Assembly (NCBI GenBank): GCA_965214605.1
Contig: OZ243961.1
Span: 3,680,001 to 3,744,000 of the forward strand
Direction: 5' to 3'
DNA length: 64,000 bases
Origin: an uncultured Candidatus Binatia bacterium
GTDB taxonomy: Bacteria; Desulfobacterota; Binatia; Bin18
A program made the position numbers and the translations under genes. The notes beneath the pieces are model-generated. The model saw nothing but the letters and a program-made list of their open reading frames with translations. It did no database searches and was not told the origin of the DNA. Numbering within the stretch: the stretch's first letter is position 1; every line of letters starts with the position of its first letter. Shown one piece after another: positions 29,514 to 39,828 of the stretch.

Positions 29514-30017
29514 ATGAGTTTCTTTTCAGTCACCATTGGAAAAGACCAGTTGTGTTTTACGGCCGCTCACTTCATTGCCTTTCGGGGGTTTCGAGAGCCG
29601 CTGCACGGCCATACCTATCACGCTCAGGTCACTGTCAGCGGACCGGTCGGGCCGGACGGCTATGTGGTTGACTTTCTGGTGCTCAAGAAGCTTGCCGTAG
29701 AAGAATGTTCCCGGCTCCATTTTCGGACCCTGTTGCCCGAGTGTAGTGACTGTCTGGATATCGTAGAGTGCGAGGGCCGGATCGAGGTGAGCTGTGAGGA
29801 CGGCAATCGTTTTGTGCTGCCGCGCCAGGACGTGTGCCTGTTACCTATCGTGCATTCGTCTTCGGAAGAGCTCGCCCAGTATCTGGTGGCGCGCTTGCGT
29901 CAGCGGCTGGCTGGCGAACGCAACAGCATCGAAACCATTGAGGTCAGCATTGAAGACATCCCCGGCCAGCTTGCGGTATGTCGGGAAGCCTTTGACGCTG
30001 ACAAGGCGGATGGATGA
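29514..30017 (+). CDS. 6-pyruvoyltetrahydropterin synthase family protein (PTPS-III-type motif)
   Basis: FTAAHF, EPLHGHTY, VVDFLVLK, SSEELA. Confidence 0.9.
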   Translation: MSFFSVTIGKDQLCFTAAHFIAFRGFREPLHGHTYHAQVTVSGPVGPDGYVVDFLVLKKLAVEECSRLHFRTLLPECSDCLDIVECEGRIEVSCEDGNRFVLPRQDVCLLPIVHSSSEELAQYLVARLRQRLAGERNSIETIEVSIEDIPGQLAVCREAFDADKADG

Positions 30018-30298
30018 GTCGGGTCCGGTGGAGCCTTCTGTGTCTGGTGGTGTCGGCCGGACTCGGCTGTAGTTCCGGGCTGCCCGAGGCGGAGTCGGTG
30101 GCCGCCCAGGCCTACGTCCAGCGCTGTTCGGGCTGTCACCGTGTGTACCACCCGAGGCTGCTGACGGCTCAGATGTGGGACTTTATGCTGACGCGTATGG
30201 ATGACGAACTTCGGCGACTCGGAAGACCGCCACTTCAGGGACAGGAACGGGAGACCGTGCGCGCCTATCTCCATAAGCATAGTGGCGGTCAAGGGTAA
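30014..30298 (+). CDS. Small monoheme c-type cytochrome lipoprotein
   Basis: Lipobox GLGC, CSGCH heme motif, downstream Met candidates (W..MLTRM). ATGA overlap with the PTPS gene. Confidence 0.82.
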   Translation: MSRVRWSLLCLVVSAGLGCSSGLPEAESVAAQAYVQRCSGCHRVYHPRLLTAQMWDFMLTRMDDELRRLGRPPLQGQERETVRAYLHKHSGGQG

Positions 30299-30329
30299 CA
30301 CTACGGGGGTGGCCCGGACGGCCCCGTCC

Positions 30330-30779
30330 CTATTGGTTGCGTTGCAAATCGTACTGATCGTATAGCGCCGGGAGCTCTAGAGTAGCGTCGGCTTGGCGTT
30401 GTACTTGCAGAAGGTGGGCGCTCAGAGCCTTTTGGCACGGCCCGTTGGCCAGGCAGTTTTGAAATGGAGCGGGACCATCGGTCATGGCCCGCTGGAGGGT
30501 TTGCAAGACCCACTCAGCTTCTGTTTTTGCGACCGCCGGCGTCGATAGGCTTGGCGGCGGAGCTACCGCGACTGGACGTGGTGGTGGGACCGGGCTCGGT
30601 GGGTGGGCAGCGGCTGGACTTGAGCTACTTGGGGAAGCGGAGGAGGAGAACGACGGTATCCGTGAGGTCGAACTGCCCGGAATAACCGTGCCAATCGTTC
30701 CGAGGACCTCTCGCTGTTGCTGGACCGTACAGCTGGTGAGGAGGAACAGGCTGCTGAGGCACAAGGATACGTATCGCAT
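30330..30779 (-). CDS. Hypothetical lipoprotein with Ser/Pro-rich linker
   Basis: LTSC lipobox, GGGAG SD, Pro/Ser tract followed by a small Cys-pair domain. Confidence 0.65.
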   Translation of the reverse strand: MRYVSLCLSSLFLLTSCTVQQQREVLGTIGTVIPGSSTSRIPSFSSSASPSSSSPAAAHPPSPVPPPRPVAVAPPPSLSTPAVAKTEAEWVLQTLQRAMTDGPAPFQNCLANGPCQKALSAHLLQVQRQADATLELPALYDQYDLQRNQ

Positions 30780-30854
30780 TATGGTGCTCCCTTAGACTAA
30801 ATCAGACTTGGTGACCTTGACTTGTGTAGGCAAACAGCAGACTGTCTACCACAT

Positions 30855-31214
30855 ATGGAACACAAGCACACCTATCCGGAAGCTCTAGAGACCCTGCTGA
30901 GCCGTCTGCCGGAAATCGAACTGGTGCTGGGCCCGCAGGCCAAAGGCGGACTGGTGGCGGTCGAGCGCTCACTGCAACAGGCGATTGCCCTACGGGCCGA
31001 CGGTGATATCCCGCGCACGGTGTCCCACATCGCCGCGGCCATGGACAGCCTGTCTCAGCTGGCCGACGAGCTAGATCCGCAGGAAGCAGCTATGATGCGG
31101 ATGTTGACCAACCATTTTCGCCGCGCTTTGCTCAGTGGGCACAACAGCGAGGCGCGGCGGGTCTCTGACTTGATGCGCGAGAAGTCGGGAACGACAGTTC
31201 GAAATCGTGATTAG
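30855..31214 (+). CDS. Hypothetical helical protein
   Basis: Coding-like ORF from ATG 30855; no family recognised. Confidence 0.65.
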   Translation: MEHKHTYPEALETLLSRLPEIELVLGPQAKGGLVAVERSLQQAIALRADGDIPRTVSHIAAAMDSLSQLADELDPQEAAMMRMLTNHFRRALLSGHNSEARRVSDLMREKSGTTVRNRD

Positions 31215-31759
31215 CGCCCCAGTGTTCAGTCGCTTCGCTCCCCGTGAGGGGGGGGGTAAGGGAGAACACTCTAGCATCGACCGGAACCGACAGACTTGGG
31301 GAAGCGGAATACGCTAGGCGGGGAAGTAGGACGCCGCCGGTATCAAGCCGCTTGACGGCGGGACGAGTGCTTACAGCCATGTAGCGTTCGTCAGGCGCGG
31401 CCGGATGTGTTTGATCGTGAACTACTCATCGACCTCTGTGGCCACTGTCGACCGCAGCAACTACTGGCAAGCGCGCGAGGCGTATCGGATATGACATTGA
31501 CCGGACAGATGGAGAGAGTTGCAAGCACTGGCGTCGGCGCTCCTCAGTCCTTGGCTAGGGACATGCCCGCGGTCTGTTGGACGCAAGGTTGGCCGGAGCG
31601 AGCTTGCTTGGTGTTCTGTCAACAGCGGCATGTTTTGGCGCTCCGATAGAAGAGGCATGACAATACGCCTCTTTACCGAACGATGACTTCCTCAGCCGTG
31701 GCTTTCAGGGTCGCCGATATCCACTCGCACGCAGAGTGACCCCTTGTGACCCCTTGCCG

Positions 31760-32007
31760 ATAGGACAGTGTTGCCCCGGCGGGGTGCCACAGATGGCCTG
31801 CAGGAGGACAAATTGTAAGACTGACTCTCAATCCTGATTCGCCCCACACGCCCAGCCGGAGATAACGCCAAGGCCGCTTTGGAACACACCGAGCTGGGAA
31901 TTTGCAAGCATCGCTTGAGCCTGCGCGCGTGCGGCAGCGCAGATCAGCAGGAGAACCAGCAATGCGGTTACGAACGGGCAGAATCGAAGCCATGAGACGA
32001 TGCTCGT
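31760..32007 (-). pseudogene. Decayed exported-protein gene fragment
   Basis: Right after the hslU stop: signal-like FVTALLVLLLICAAARAQAQA, then LANSQLGVFQSGLGVISGWAC, then TGA at 31830-31828. No standard start codon precedes the signal-like segment. Confidence 0.5.
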
Positions 32008-33426
32008 TTACAAAATATAACGCGACAGATCTTCGTCTTTCACAATCTCTTCGAGTTTGTCTTTGACGACCTGGGCGTCAATCTTGATCTCTTGTCCGTC
32101 AAGATCTGGGGCGTTGAAGGATAAATCCTCAACTAGGCGCTCTACCACAGTATGCAGGCGGCGGGCGCCGATGTTCTCAGTCCGCTCGTTGACTAGGGCG
32201 GCGATACGCGCAATCTCCTCGACCGCGTCGTCCACAAAGGCGAGTTTCACGTTCTCCGTGGCCAGCAGGGCGCTATACTGGGTCAGCAGGGCGTTTTTTG
32301 GTTCGGTCAGAATACGAATAAAGTCGTACTGGTTCAGGGCGTCCAGCTCGACCCGGATCGGAAAGCGACCCTGGAACTCGGGAATCAGGTCGGACGGTTT
32401 GGCAGTGTGGAAGGCGCCCGAGGCGACAAACAGCACATGGTTGGTGCGGACCATGCCGTATTTGGTGTTGACCGTACAGCCTTCAACTAGAGGTAAGAGG
32501 TCACGTTGCACGCCTTGGCGTGAGACATCCGGCCCCTGGACCTGGTCACGACCAGCAATCTTGTCAATTTCGTCAATAAAAATAATGCCGGTCTGCTCGA
32601 CTCGGTTTATAGCTTCCCGGACCACTGTATCCATATCGACCAGCTTATCGGCCTCTTCCTGGGTCAGCAGCTCGACCGCCTCAGGCACCTTGAGCCGCCG
32701 CTTCTTGGTCTTGTGAGGCATGATGTTGGAAAACATTTCTTTTAACTGGTTTTCCATGTCTTCCATGCCCTGGGGGGCCATGACCTCGATGAAAGGAGTG
32801 GTCGGCCGGGTTATCTCGATTTCGACCTCGCGCTCGTCGAGTTTTCCCTGGCGGAGCATACGGCGCATCTTCTCACGGGTGGCCTGGCTGGGCTGCTGAG
32901 TTGTGTCGTTGGTGTCTTGGCCGTCACGCTGGCTGAAGCCGGCCCGCGAGGGAGGAGGAGGCAGTAGCAGATCAAGAATCCGTTCTTCGGCCTGGGCCTG
33001 GGCTTTAACCTGAATCCGGTTTTTTTCTTCTTGTTTGACCATATTCACGGCCAGTTCTGTCACATCGCGGACCATCGACTCGACGTCACGGCCGACATAG
33101 CCGACCTCGGTGAATTTTGAGGCCTCGACCTTGACAAACGGCGCTTGAGCCAGACGGGCCAGGCGGCGGGCGATCTCGGTCTTGCCGACCCCGGTCGGAC
33201 CGATCATCAAAATATTCTTGGGGGCGATCTCATCCCGCAGCTCCGGGGGTACCTGCTGGCGACGCCAGCGGTTGCGCAGAGCAATTGCCATAGCCCGTTT
33301 GGCCTTGGCCTGACCGATAATATAACGGTCTAGTTCAGACACAATCTCGCGCGGCGTCATGACCGGCAGCACCGCTTCTTCGGGCTCGGGCGTGGCGGTG
33401 GTGATCGAATTAACGGCGTTCGCCAT
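32008..33426 (-). CDS. hslU: ATP-dependent protease ATPase subunit HslU
   Basis: [35 protein letters not shown]-terminal DLSRYIL. Confidence 0.98.
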   Translation of the reverse strand: MANAVNSITTATPEPEEAVLPVMTPREIVSELDRYIIGQAKAKRAMAIALRNRWRRQQVPPELRDEIAPKNILMIGPTGVGKTEIARRLARLAQAPFVKVEASKFTEVGYVGRDVESMVRDVTELAVNMVKQEEKNRIQVKAQAQAEERILDLLLPPPPSRAGFSQRDGQDTNDTTQQPSQATREKMRRMLRQGKLDEREVEIEITRPTTPFIEVMAPQGMEDMENQLKEMFSNIMPHKTKKRRLKVPEAVELLTQEEADKLVDMDTVVREAINRVEQTGIIFIDEIDKIAGRDQVQGPDVSRQGVQRDLLPLVEGCTVNTKYGMVRTNHVLFVASGAFHTAKPSDLIPEFQGRFPIRVELDALNQYDFIRILTEPKNALLTQYSALLATENVKLAFVDDAVEEIARIAALVNERTENIGARRLHTVVERLVEDLSFNAPDLDGQEIKIDAQVVKDKLEEIVKDEDLSRYIL

Positions 33427-33967
33427 AGGATAGCTCCTCAACCGTAATATGGGCATTGGTGTAGACGCAGATATCTGCGGCCGTGCGCATTGCTTCTTCG
33501 GCAATCGTTCGCGCATCAAGTGCCGTGTGCTTCAGCAAGACCCGGGCTGCGGCCAGGGCATAGTTACCGCCCGAACCAATGGCCAGAATGCCGTCGTCGG
33601 GCTCCAGCACATCGCCAGAGCCCGAGATCAGCAGGGACGAGTCCTGATCGACGACCGTCATCAGGGCTTCCAGCCGCCGTAGCACCCGGTCTGAGCGCCA
33701 ATCGCGGGCCAGTTCGACCGCGGCTCGACGCAGGTTGTTGTTGTACTCCTCAAGCTTTTTTTCGAACATATCGCACAAGGTCAGGGCGTCGGCCGTACTC
33801 CCAGCAAAGCCGGCCAGAATTTTGCCGTGTGACAGTTGACGGATTTTACGGGCCGTGTGTTTCAGCACCGCATCCCCCATGCTGACCTGGCCATCCCCGG
33901 CCATCACAACTCGACCCTGATGGCGGACAGACACGATGGTCGTACCGTGCATGATTTGCCCCTCCAT
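33410..33967 (-). CDS. hslV: ATP-dependent protease subunit HslV
   Basis: HGTTI with N-terminal Thr nucleophile, [24 protein letters not shown]. Confidence 0.98.
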   Translation of the reverse strand: MEGQIMHGTTIVSVRHQGRVVMAGDGQVSMGDAVLKHTARKIRQLSHGKILAGFAGSTADALTLCDMFEKKLEEYNNNLRRAAVELARDWRSDRVLRRLEALMTVVDQDSSLLISGSGDVLEPDDGILAIGSGGNYALAAARVLLKHTALDARTIAEEAMRTAADICVYTNAHITVEELSYGERR

Positions 33968-34087
33968 TACTCGCCTCCCTCCTCCGAAATGCACAACGGA
34001 AGACCTGTCCCGACAAGGCGGGTCATGACCACTCCCTTGCTGTCTTTCCAGGCCTCGTCCATGCTTCATCATCTGCGCGCTAGCGCG

Positions 34088-35029
34088 CTAAGCGCGCGGG
34101 TGCGCCTTATCATACACTTCCATGAGTCGGTCAAGGTTCACATGGGTGTATTTTTGGGTTGTGGACAGACTGGAGTGGCCGAGCAATTCTTGGATGACAC
34201 GCAGGTCGGCTCCGGCCTCGAGCAGATGGGTGGCAAAGCTGTGGCGTAACGCGTGGGGGCTGGTCTTCAGACTAATGCCGGAAGCCTGGGCGTACTGGGA
34301 CACGATGCGGGCCACACTCCGGGCGGTTAGGCGTCCCCCGCGACGGTTGAGAAAGACAGCCGGACAGGCAGGCGATCGGGAGGCTGCGGTGTGTTTCTTT
34401 GGTGTCAGTAAGCTCGGAATCTGGGCTCGATAGCGAGCCAGACTGTCAAGAGCGTGGCGACCGATCGGCACCACCCGCTCTTTATCACCCTTGCCCTGAA
34501 CCCGCAGGACTTCCAGATTGTAATCCACATCGTTCCAGTCGAGGCTGACGAGTTCACCGACCCGCAGACCGCATGAGTAGAGCACCTCCAGGATGGCCCG
34601 TGCTCGCAAGCCCGACGCGGAGTCGGGCGGCGGGGTGTCTAGCAGGCGAAACATATCGTCGACCGGCAGATAGTTAGGCAGCGGTTGGTCTTTTTTCGGG
34701 GACGCGAGCCGGAGGCTGGGGTCGCGCTGCAGCTCGCCCTCGCGGACCAAAAACCCAAAGAAACTCTTGAGAGCGGAGAGTTTGCGGCCGATCGAGCTTT
34801 TGGCGTGATCGCGGTACAGGGTTGACAGAAAAGCCTGAATCAGGTGGTGGTCGATCTGGTGGACGCCGAGTTGGCGCAACGCAGAGCGCGGACTAGGTTT
34901 TTCAATAAAGGCAAAAAATTGAGCCACATCACTCAGGTAGTTCCGCTGGGTATGGACGGAGACATTTTTCTCTACTCGGAGAAAAACCTCGTAACGAGCT
35001 AGCAAACTTGGGAGCGTTGATGTCTTCAT
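34088..35029 (-). CDS. xerC: Tyrosine recombinase XerC
   Basis: LYSCGLRVGEL, GKGDKER, HALRHSFATHLL, LLGH, TQKYTHV; canonical xerC-hslVU linkage. Confidence 0.93.
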   Translation of the reverse strand: MKTSTLPSLLARYEVFLRVEKNVSVHTQRNYLSDVAQFFAFIEKPSPRSALRQLGVHQIDHHLIQAFLSTLYRDHAKSSIGRKLSALKSFFGFLVREGELQRDPSLRLASPKKDQPLPNYLPVDDMFRLLDTPPPDSASGLRARAILEVLYSCGLRVGELVSLDWNDVDYNLEVLRVQGKGDKERVVPIGRHALDSLARYRAQIPSLLTPKKHTAASRSPACPAVFLNRRGGRLTARSVARIVSQYAQASGISLKTSPHALRHSFATHLLEAGADLRVIQELLGHSSLSTTQKYTHVNLDRLMEVYDKAHPRA

Positions 35030-35122
35030 AGTCTGGACAAAAGCAGGAGAATGGTATCAATAAGATGGTATCAATAAGCCTGTATCGAAGAAAGGGCGGT
35101 GCTGAGAGACAGGGGATGAGCT

Positions 35123-35431
35123 ATGCCACAGTTGCTGACATGTTACCAGTGTGGAGCCGAAATCGCCGTGATTGAGCGAGTCGGACGCCGTGATAGCTGT
35201 CCGGGCTGTGAGGCCGAGGTCCACTGCTGTCTCAATTGTCTGTTCTACGATCCGCACGCGTCAAATGCCTGCCGCGAACCGAATGTCGAGCCGGTCCGAG
35301 ATAAAGACCTGGGCAATTTCTGTGACTATTTTTCGCCGGGGAATCCTGCTGGGCGGCTCACGACCGAGCGGACTCGGGTGGCTGACGCTCGGGCGCACCT
35401 GGAGGCGTTGTTTGCTAAGAAAAAAAAGTAG
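35123..35431 (+). CDS. Small Cys-rich (zinc-ribbon-like) hypothetical protein
   Basis: CYQC, CPGC, CLNC, C..E..NFCDYF. Confidence 0.75.
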   Translation: MPQLLTCYQCGAEIAVIERVGRRDSCPGCEAEVHCCLNCLFYDPHASNACREPNVEPVRDKDLGNFCDYFSPGNPAGRLTTERTRVADARAHLEALFAKKKK

Positions 35432-35447
35432 TCAGAGGGCAGGAGGG

Positions 35448-35858
35448 ATGGATAGGTGGATACCTGTCGTGACCGTGCTCGTGCTCATCGCTGGACTGAG
35501 CGCCTGTCAGCTCGCCGACCCAAACAGCCCACGCGGCGTGGCCGAACGCTTTCTGGACGCTCACTATGTGCAAATGGACCTAGAGGTGGCCAAAGGCTAC
35601 TGTGCCGGCCTGGCGCTCAAGCGTGTTGAGGACGAGATCCGTCTGACTGCAGGGCAGACGATCGATGCCAACACCCGGCTGCCTCGGGTGTACTATACCT
35701 TGGTGCAGGAAACACCCCGCGGCGACACACGCGTTGCCTTACACTATCGGGCCAGGATCTCTGTGGCTGGAGCCGGGGAGTTTCAAAAGGAATTTTTGCT
35801 CAGCCTGCGCAAAGAGCAAGACGGCTGGCGGGTGATGAATTACAGCGAGTTTGATTAA
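35448..35858 (+). CDS. Hypothetical lipoprotein (NTF2-like pattern)
   Basis: AGGAGG SD, LSAC lipobox, SPRGVAERFL..LRKEQDGWRV. Confidence 0.78.
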   Translation: MDRWIPVVTVLVLIAGLSACQLADPNSPRGVAERFLDAHYVQMDLEVAKGYCAGLALKRVEDEIRLTAGQTIDANTRLPRVYYTLVQETPRGDTRVALHYRARISVAGAGEFQKEFLLSLRKEQDGWRVMNYSEFD

Positions 35859-35870
35859 GCCGTCTTCGCT

Positions 35871-36638
35871 ATGCTGCCGTTTCGCCAGCCGAGTGATGCT
35901 CGGATTGCAGCCTTTCTGGCCACCCACGCAAGCCGGCCATACACCTATGACGAGATCGGTGCGTCGCGTACCTCTCCACCCTCAGGCTATGCGGTCGATC
36001 ATCATCGGGTATTGTTAGGACACGGGCTGGCAACCTTTCAAGCCGCCGGTGTGGCGCTGTGCGACTGGCAGATGTTTCGGCTCGCTTGGGTCACACTGCG
36101 GCCAAAGGCGAACGCTGGTGGCCAATTAGGCAAGAAGAGCTCATCGTTCGCCTGTGCTGAGCGGCCTGTGGTCGAGGGGCAAGTCCTGGCCGTTATCGCC
36201 CGGGTAGCCGGGGTGTGGTTTCTGAATGCGTGCCGGATTGTCTATGTGTGGCAGGATGCCGGGGCGATCGATCATTTTGGTTTTGCCTATGGGACGCTTG
36301 ATGCCCATATGGCGTGTGGCGAGGAGCGGTTTTGCGTTGAGTGGCATCACGCCGACGATTCGGTGTGGTATGACGTCTTGGCGTTTTCCCGGCCGCGGCA
36401 TGTGTTGTTTCGACTCGGCTACCCGTTGGCCCGCTGGGTGCAGCGCCGATTCGCCCGTGAGGGTGGAGCAGCCATGGCGCAAGCCGTGGCTGGGGCGGCG
36501 GACGACCGACCGCCGGGGGTTGGAGAAGTCGAGGTCGTGCGTCGGCACACTCCTCCGGCTGAGGTGATCCGCTGGCTTGGTTACTGGGGGGCAATTGCAG
36601 GACTGCTAGGCGGAGCGCTTGGCCAGCTGTTGTCGTGA
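35871..36638 (+). CDS. DUF1990 family protein
   Basis: YDEIGAS, NACRIVY, FGFAYGTL..H..GEERF, AFSRP. Confidence 0.88.
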   Translation: MLPFRQPSDARIAAFLATHASRPYTYDEIGASRTSPPSGYAVDHHRVLLGHGLATFQAAGVALCDWQMFRLAWVTLRPKANAGGQLGKKSSSFACAERPVVEGQVLAVIARVAGVWFLNACRIVYVWQDAGAIDHFGFAYGTLDAHMACGEERFCVEWHHADDSVWYDVLAFSRPRHVLFRLGYPLARWVQRRFAREGGAAMAQAVAGAADDRPPGVGEVEVVRRHTPPAEVIRWLGYWGAIAGLLGGALGQLLS

Positions 36639-36673
36639 CCGGCGGTGTTGGCGACACCGCCGGAATGAACCGC

Positions 36674-37330
36674 TTATTTTGGCTGGGAGACGAGTCGCAG
36701 GTAGGGTTTGAGAGTTTTCCAACCCTTGGGATATTTTTCCTTGGCCTCGACATCGGACACCGCGGGTACGATAATGACGTCTTCGCCCTGCCGCCAGTTG
36801 ACCGGGGTGGCGACTTTGTGCTGGGCGGTCAGCTGCATGGAATCCAGCACGCGCAGGACCTCGTCGAAGTTGCGCCCGGTGGTCATTGGATAGGTCAGCA
36901 TTAGCTTGATTTTCTTATCCGGTCCAATCACAAAGACCGAGCGAATGGTGGCGTTGTCGGCCGCGGTACGCGGCGCACTACCGCTGGCCTCAGGGTGGAT
37001 CATATCGTACAGCTTGGAGACGGCCAGGTCGGCGTCGCCAATCAGCGGATAGTTGACCGCATGGCCCTGAGTTTCTTCAATGTCTCTAACCCAACTGTTA
37101 TGATCACTGACCGGGTCTGTGCTCAGGCCGATAATTTTGCAATTGCGCTTTTCAAATTCGGGTTTGAGACCGGCCATATAGCCCAGTTCGGTTGTGCACA
37201 CCGGAGTGAAATCCTTGGGGTGTGAGAACAGAATCGCCCAGCTATCCCCAATCCATTCATGAAAGTTGATCGTGCCCTCCGTTGTTTCTACCGTAAAATT
37301 CGGAGCTTCTTCACCAATATGGAGTGACAT
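36674..37330 (-). CDS. 1-Cys peroxiredoxin (Prx6 family)
   Basis: FSHPKDFTPVCTTE, YPMTTGRNFDE, ATPVNW. Confidence 0.96.
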   Translation of the reverse strand: MSLHIGEEAPNFTVETTEGTINFHEWIGDSWAILFSHPKDFTPVCTTELGYMAGLKPEFEKRNCKIIGLSTDPVSDHNSWVRDIEETQGHAVNYPLIGDADLAVSKLYDMIHPEASGSAPRTAADNATIRSVFVIGPDKKIKLMLTYPMTTGRNFDEVLRVLDSMQLTAQHKVATPVNWRQGEDVIIVPAVSDVEAKEKYPKGWKTLKPYLRLVSQPK

Positions 37331-37461
37331 AATTCTCCTCCCCTGAGAGTGATGTGAGCTGTAGGGTAAACGAAGACCTCCCCCTGATAGAGAGGACCTC
37401 CCCGTTTATCTTCCCTGCAACCTAGCGATTTCCGCCCCTAGAGTCTAGTCTGGAATTGTGA

Positions 37462-38595
37462 CTAAAACCCTTCTAGTCGAGCGACCCTCTCACGGTGGTA
37501 GGTTGCATCTCCAAAGGCAAACTCGTTCCACTTGGCGCGTTTGAACCAGAAGTGCATGTCGTGTTCCCAGGTAAAGCCGATGCCGCCGTGCATCTGGACC
37601 GCTCGGTTGGTGGTGCGCGCATAGACGTCCGACAGCCGAGCCTTGGCCAGTGCCGCGGCTCGCGAGGCTTCATCGGGCAGGGCATCAAAGGCATAGGCGG
37701 CGTACCACACTAGCGACCGGGCGGGCTCAATATCGCTGGCCATTTCTGCCGCCATATGCTTGAGGGCCTGGAACGAGGCGATCGGTCGGTTGAACTGGGT
37801 GCGGGTTTTGGTGTATTCGACGGCTAGTTCTAGGGCTCTCTGAGCTCCGCCCAGACTATCAGCGGCCAGAGCTACGCACGCCGCGTCGAGTAGTCTGGCC
37901 ATGATTTTCCAGCCCTTGCCTTTTTTGCCGACCAGGGCGGTTTTGGGGACGACGACTTGCTGGAACTCGACGCTGTACATGCGTCGAGTCTGGTCAATAA
38001 TATCGAGCGGCGTGATGGTGAGGCCTGGGGACTGGCGTTCGACCAGGAACAGACTTACTCCCTGTTCGGCTTTGCCGGTGGTCCGAGCTACCACCAGTAG
38101 GATATCGGCAACTGCCGCAAACGGGACAAACATTTTTGTTCCGGACAATAGGTAGCCGTGTTCGATTTTTTGGGCCTTGAGCTGTATGCCCCGGGCGTCG
38201 AGGCGATCGTCCCGCTCAAGAAAGGCCAGCGTCCCGATCGTCTGTCCCGAAGCCAGACGCGGCAGCCAGGCATCCTTCTGGGCGGCACTCCCAGCCTGGA
38301 CCAGACCAAGTGTAGTCAGCACCGAAGAGAACAGAAATGGGTCAGGCATAACCGCCCGTCCGATCTCTTCGAGCAGGACTGTCATATCCAGCATACCGAG
38401 TCCCAGTCCGCCGTAGGCTTCGGGGATCAGCAGACCGGTCCAACCTAGGGCGGCCGCCTTGCGGTGGAGTTCGGGTGAGAACCCGTTAGGGTCGCTGTAC
38501 AGCTCCCGCACCAAGGCGGGCGGGCACTCCTGGGTCAAAAATTCCCGGGCGGCGTTTTGTAGCAGTTCCTGTTCCGGTGACAGGCTAAAATCCAT
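37462..38595 (-). CDS. Acyl-CoA dehydrogenase family protein (likely non-catalytic subunit)
   Basis: IPEAYGGLG, GTKMFV, RTQFNRPIASFQALKH, QMHGGIGFTWEHD. Confidence 0.92.
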   Translation of the reverse strand: MDFSLSPEQELLQNAAREFLTQECPPALVRELYSDPNGFSPELHRKAAALGWTGLLIPEAYGGLGLGMLDMTVLLEEIGRAVMPDPFLFSSVLTTLGLVQAGSAAQKDAWLPRLASGQTIGTLAFLERDDRLDARGIQLKAQKIEHGYLLSGTKMFVPFAAVADILLVVARTTGKAEQGVSLFLVERQSPGLTITPLDIIDQTRRMYSVEFQQVVVPKTALVGKKGKGWKIMARLLDAACVALAADSLGGAQRALELAVEYTKTRTQFNRPIASFQALKHMAAEMASDIEPARSLVWYAAYAFDALPDEASRAAALAKARLSDVYARTTNRAVQMHGGIGFTWEHDMHFWFKRAKWNEFAFGDATYHRERVARLEGF

Positions 38596-38615
38596 GGCAA
38601 CCTCTCCGACGGCGT

Positions 38616-39806
38616 TTAGCCCGACTTCGGCATGCCCAAACCCCGCTCGCTAATAATATTCTTCTGAATCTGCGACGTCCCACCGCCGATAATCAGACCT
38701 AGGGTAAACATGAACTCATACTGCCACATGCCATTATCGATCACCTGATCTGCCCCGCGTTTGAGCGGTGCGTAGGAGTTCATAATCTCGAGTGCCAGGG
38801 CGCAGATGTCGTGGTTCAGCTCGGTCCCGACCAGCTTATTGACCATCGCTCCGAGACCGGCTTGACGGCCTTTAATGACATCGGTGAGCTGACGGAGCGA
38901 GTGGTACTTCATGGCCTCGACCCGGCTGAGCAAATCGGACAGCTTCTGGCGGATAACCGGATCCTTGGCCGCGGGCCTGCCGTAGCGTTGATGATTGCCG
39001 GCTAGGCGGATTAGGTTTTGCATCATGAGCTGGGTGCGGGTAGTGGAGCCTAGCATATTCCGCTCGTGAAACAGGGTGGCGTTGGCCACCATCCAGCCCT
39101 GGTTTAATTCCCCGACTAGGTTGTCTCGAGGCACGCGCACGTCCTCGAAAAAGACCTCATTAAATCCGGCGTCGCCCGTCATCTGGACCAAAGGGCGGAC
39201 CGTAATGCCGGGCGTTTTCATGTCGATCAGAACGTAGGAGATTCCGCGGTGCTTGGGCGCGTCGGGATCGGTCCGGACCAGGCAAAACATCCAGTCTGAA
39301 AACTGAGCGCCCGAGGTCCAGACCTTCTGGCCGTTGATAATAAATTCGTCACCGATCAGTACGGCCCGCGTCCGCAGGGAGGCCAAATCCGAGCCTGAGC
39401 CGGGTTCTGAATAGCCCTGGCACCAGATCTCTTCGGCGGTCAGGACCTTGGGGAGATAGCGGCGTTTTTGTTGGTCGGTGCCGCACTGCAGGAGGGTCGG
39501 GCCGAGCATGGTCAGGCCCGAGGCCCCGATTAAGCTCGGTGCTCTGGCCAAGATGAGTTCTTCGTTGACGATCGTTTGGTGCATGACATCGCTATCACCC
39601 TGGCCGCCATACTCCTTGGGCCAGCCCATGGCCACATAGCCGGCCTGATGCAGGCTGCGCTGCCATGCTTTTGCGCGTTTGATGCGTTGTGGGTCATCGG
39701 CCGCCAGCTTGCTAAACGCTTTATCCTTTTTGGGGACATTTTTTTTCAGCCAGGCCCGGACCTGTTTGCGAAAGGCTCTGTCCTGTTTGGAATAGCTGAG
39801 ATCCAT
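38616..39806 (-). CDS. Acyl-CoA dehydrogenase family protein (likely catalytic subunit)
   Basis: WPKEYGG, WCQGYSEPGSGSDLASL, NGQKVWTS, FNEVFFEDV, TLFHER, IGGGTSQIQ. Confidence 0.94.
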   Translation of the reverse strand: MDLSYSKQDRAFRKQVRAWLKKNVPKKDKAFSKLAADDPQRIKRAKAWQRSLHQAGYVAMGWPKEYGGQGDSDVMHQTIVNEELILARAPSLIGASGLTMLGPTLLQCGTDQQKRRYLPKVLTAEEIWCQGYSEPGSGSDLASLRTRAVLIGDEFIINGQKVWTSGAQFSDWMFCLVRTDPDAPKHRGISYVLIDMKTPGITVRPLVQMTGDAGFNEVFFEDVRVPRDNLVGELNQGWMVANATLFHERNMLGSTTRTQLMMQNLIRLAGNHQRYGRPAAKDPVIRQKLSDLLSRVEAMKYHSLRQLTDVIKGRQAGLGAMVNKLVGTELNHDICALALEIMNSYAPLKRGADQVIDNGMWQYEFMFTLGLIIGGGTSQIQKNIISERGLGMPKSG

Positions 39807-39828
39807 AATATCCACTCTCCGGCTTGCG

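Noticed and set aside
29499-30017. Annotation as queD
   Set aside because: Lacks the catalytic Cys motif CxxxHGH, and no que genes are adjacent.
31828-32010. Stop-codon readthrough extension of HslU
   Set aside because: HslU ends in the conserved DLSRYIL needed to activate HslV, the stop is TAA, and the downstream peptide looks like a separate signal-peptide gene.
34088-35029. Tyrosine recombinase as a possible prophage or island integrase
   Set aside because: XerC-type motifs and size, housekeeping xerC-hslVU context, no att site or mobile cargo nearby.
37375-37403. Short direct repeat GACCTCCCC x2 upstream of the peroxiredoxin
   Set aside because: Only two 9-bp copies; could be chance, and no regulator can be assigned.
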